64,000 nucleotides of DNA from Blastocladiella emersonii ATCC 22665 (Eukaryota > Fungi > Blastocladiomycota): the NCBI GenBank assembly GCA_025594325.1, contig JANHCV010000005.1, positions 1,984,001 to 2,048,000 on the forward strand, written 5' to 3'. Below the pieces are notes generated by a model. The model saw only the letters and a program-made list of their open reading frames with translations. It did not search any database and was not told the origin of the DNA. The position numbers and the translations under genes are program-made. Of this stretch, positions 60,751 through 64,000 are shown in pieces (position 1 is the stretch's first letter; the number at the start of each line of letters is the position of its first letter).

Positions 60751-60928
60751 CCTCCCGTGCTCTAGGCTGTGGTTTGCAGCTGATTTTTTTGGGAGTGAAT
60801 TTCTCTGAACGCGCTTGAGGCGCAGGATTGGAATGTAAAATATGATAGGTCGCGGCGCGCTTCCCGCCGCTTGTAAATTCGGACGAGAATCTGTATAGCA
60901 TCATGGAATGTACAAACCGCCTGAACAA

Positions 60929-62902
60929 CTACGTCCGCGTCTGTTCGTCATCGTTTGACAGCTGGCCGGAGAGAGACGAAATAACGAGCGAAAGCTCGCC
61001 ACGGATCCGCGAAAGGGTGCGGATTTGGGCTTCGACGGTCCGAGGATCGTTGGCCGGACCGCGAAGCGCTTGCATATCGGCTTCAGACGTAGACCAGGGC
61101 TCCGGGGCCAGGCGGGGCGGGTGAGGCGGGGAAGGGTTCCGCGCGGCCCAAGCAGCCATTAGCTCCTCGGGGAATAGCGGAGGGGGCGGCGGAGGCGGAA
61201 TGGGGAGTCGAGACAGCAAAGCAGTGATCGAGGCGTCATCGAGCTCATTGACCATGGTAGAAGGTGCAACACCAGCGGAGCTGCCGCTAATTGGTCCAAT
61301 CCCATTCCCTCGGCCCCCAAGAGCGTTGGTTCCGGGCGGGACATCAACGCTCTGCATAGAATCCATGCGTTCCGTCCGCAACGATTCGTCGGTTGCTTGA
61401 GGCGCCTGCGTGCGAACAACTTGCGTCGCGGTAGATGCATGAGAATCGTCGCGCCGATTGGCAGTTGGACCAGTCGCTGTAGCTGTAGGCGGGGGCCCGT
61501 GTGCAGGGGCCTGGCCAGGGACAGGGGCAGGGACAGGGCCAGGTCCAGCTGGTTGTGGTTGGGCATTCGCTACCACGGGAGGGGTCGCTCGATCGTCGCC
61601 CGCGTCGAGGAGCGGGCGGCGGCAAGTCGGGCAACTTTGTTGGCGCTCGAGCCAGCTTCTCATGCAGCCGAAGTGCAGGATGTGGCCACATGGAAGCTTC
61701 TTTGGAACCTGGTTACGGGTAGGTGCTGCCGGCGCGCTCACAGGATTCCCTGCGGGGTCCAGCTCGGGCGGAATAACCGGAACCAGCTCGCCTTGCGCGT
61801 GCATGTCCTCCCGGCAAATGATACAAGTGCGATCGGAAAGCCGCGCCAAGTCGTCGGGCAGCGCGTTCGGGTAACGTGTGTCCATGTTCCACGTTGCACG
61901 CCGGTATCGGACCAGGTCGCGCACCTTGAGCAAAAAGGAGCGCAGGGTCAAGTACAGATCTCGGACGATGTGGAGAGGCAGGGTATGGTTGAGTAGGACG
62001 ACGGAGAAGAAGTGAACGTAGTTGACGAGCTTGAAGAGATCGTGGGCGAGGTCGATGTAAAACACCCAAACGGACTTGTTCTCCCATGCGCTTTCGCGAC
62101 GCGCGTCATAGAGATTGATGAGATACTTGATGGCGATCACAACCATGGTTGAAATGAGAATTGTGTACTCAAAGTTGAAGAGAAGCATGACGCTCGGTCC
62201 CGACCCACGGTACGTGTCCATTGCGGCGTTTGCGAGGGTGATATCGACCGCAAGCATGGCCATCATGAAGACCTGAAGACGGAAATGAGAGAGAAAGGGA
62301 GATGTCGGAAGTTGCTCCATCTAGTACACGGTCGCACGACAAGTCAGCACTAAAACATGGTTGGTAGAGGGGGAGGGAAGCCCGACTGACGTACAATATC
62401 TACGCGGTCAGCAGTGACCCAATGGAACATCTTGAGGACAAGCAGAACCACAAAGTAGAGAGCAAAGCGGGCATCAAACTCGTCGCGGAAGGTTGTCATC
62501 GCAATGAGGAGTTCGGTAACAGCGAGCCAAGAGCGTTCGTATAGGTGTTCGACCTCGATGCCGCGGAGCGGCCCGAAAACCACCTTTTGGACCGAGCGCG
62601 CGGCCAGGAAGATAAGCAAGAGCCCGAGGTTGGCGATCACCTAGGGCGGCGCGGGAAAAAGGTCAGTTCGCGCTGGTCAAGTCAACGAGAATAAGCCGGC
62701 CTGGATGCTAGCAAGGTACCATCATGCTACCACCCGACTGGCTAAGCTGGATTCCAGCTGCGTAAAAGTGGCGACTCTGCTGCCAAGTGCTGGTGACGAC
62801 CAACCCGGCAAGGCCGGCCGAGATAACACCATACGTAAGCATTCGTGAGGATGGCAATGACCAGCGGCCGCCGCGGCGATTGACGGTAGTAGTCGGCGGC
62901 AT
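60929..62902 (-). CDS. HRD1: ERAD E3 ubiquitin ligase Hrd1/synoviolin
   Basis: FGPLRGIEVEHLYERSW..TE, KMFHW...DRV, LFNFEYTIL, RING-H2 CIICREDM...KKLPCGHILHFGCMRSWLERQQSCPTCR. Confidence 0.96.
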
Positions 62903-63238
62903 TCCGGCGCGTGGGGGTCGGGCGACTAGTACGATGCAGTGACTCTTCAAGTTAGCGCGGGATAAACAGCGTGCGTGAAGCTTGATGCATCAACTCTCGA
63001 TTGCGCCAAGTGACGGCGAAAGCTGACGACGTCAGAGTCCGCAGGGAAGGGAGGAAGACGTGGGCGGCTTGCATGGCGCGGTGGCGGAACGCGTAGATCG
63101 GACGTTGCACACGTGCGCCCATGTGTTTGTTCGACGCGTCGACAACGTAGCACCTGGAGACAACAAATTTTGTGTGCGAGGGAAAAGAAAGAGACTGATA
63201 TATAAAAATGCGTGTCCGCCCATCATCCACTGTTCACT

Positions 63239-64000
63239 TTACTCGTCGTTGATCCGGCAAGCCGCCCGCATCTCCATCGTGAGACTACGGTTCAGCACAC
63301 TCTCGCGCATCTTGAACATGTCGTGCTCGAGCTCCAGCAGGGTCGCTGCAGACCACGCCTGGGTTGGGCAGCTCCCGTTGCACTTGGACCCGTTGCGGTT
63401 GGTGAGTTCAGGGAGACCTGCCCAGCTCGACGAGTTGATGTGCACGCGCGCCGGAAGCAGCCGGGAGTTGATGACCTGGAGCGTGTGCTTGAGCCGGTCC
63501 GCCTGGGTGTCTCCGGGGAGCGCGCTGAGCTCCAGCGCCTCGGGGCTTGGCACGAGCCCCATCGCACTCCACTCGGACGCATCCGGACGCAAAGTACCGA
63601 AATGAAGAAGCGCGCGGTACAGGTGCCCGGCGAGCCAAAGCCACTCCGGCCCCTGGTGATAATTCCACCCGTGGGCTACAGTCTTGTCCGTCCCGTCGTT
63701 ACCGTTGTCGTAGTCGCCTCGGTAAGCGGGGTCCGCTGGATCCAGAGTGCGCACCCCGAGCGGGCCAGCCAGGTGCTCGAGACCCTGCTGAAGCGCAATG
63801 GCGGCGTGTACCGGGTTGAAAAGCTCCGGGTACTATAGTTCCGCGCAAAGGTGGCCGTTAGTCCTCTGGCACTACTAACTGGCAGCCAAACAAGGGGACG
63901 CGACACGTACGATGGCCATGGCAACAAACTGGTTTGGACGGAACTGGTAGTCGGCGCGCGGATCTGCTCCTCCGTACGTGTCCTTGAAGATTCCGCGCCG
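63239..64000 (-). CDS. GDB1: Glycogen debranching enzyme, C-terminal part (5' end outside window)
   Basis: ADYQFRPN, LAGPLGMRTLDP, GWNYHQGPEWLW, WAGLPELTN, SCPTQAWS. Confidence 0.96.

Noticed and set aside
1-64000. Hundreds of long Arg/Ala/Pro-rich alternative-frame and antisense ORFs
   Set aside because: Shadow ORFs expected in high-GC coding DNA; they overlap recognisable genes and lack domains

Overview
GC-rich, intron-containing eukaryotic DNA. The short GT-AG introns with CTRAC branch sites, fungal-type ATG15 and PRM10, and the flagellar gene IFT52 point to a zoosporic (chytrid- or blastoclad-like) fungus; the species cannot be determined from sequence alone. About 25 conserved genes are recognisable, often in head-to-head pairs: ABCG (partial), GH19-like hydrolase, P450, ZIP9, a pseudokinase, PCYOX1, PRM10, TTD14, IFT52, ATG15, GID8, ARPC2, CKB1, ISWI, ATXN10, ACY1, NDUFAF5, KPTN, a BRO1-domain protein, PUF60, a MARK/SNF1-type kinase, HRD1 and GDB1 (partial). 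Accessory islands lie at about 14.4-22.6 kb, 24.3-25.3 kb and 44.4-49.3 kb. The strongest unexplained signals are: (i) two copies of a ~90-120 nt branched hairpin with an identical 33-nt core and compensatory base changes; (ii) a two-intron non-coding block shared downstream of the stop codons of two orphan membrane-protein genes; (iii) a 66-bp ACGCG-rich palindromic element conserved at 65/66 nt within a highly diverged tandem duplication; (iv) a phage/bacterial-type GH19 with a likely GPI tail; (v) GoLoco-like repeats and a KICSTOR subunit in a fungus. No rRNA, tRNA, CRISPR array or autonomous transposon ORF was seen. Gene models were assembled by eye, so exon boundaries are approximate unless stated, and family assignments come from remembered motifs rather than database searches.
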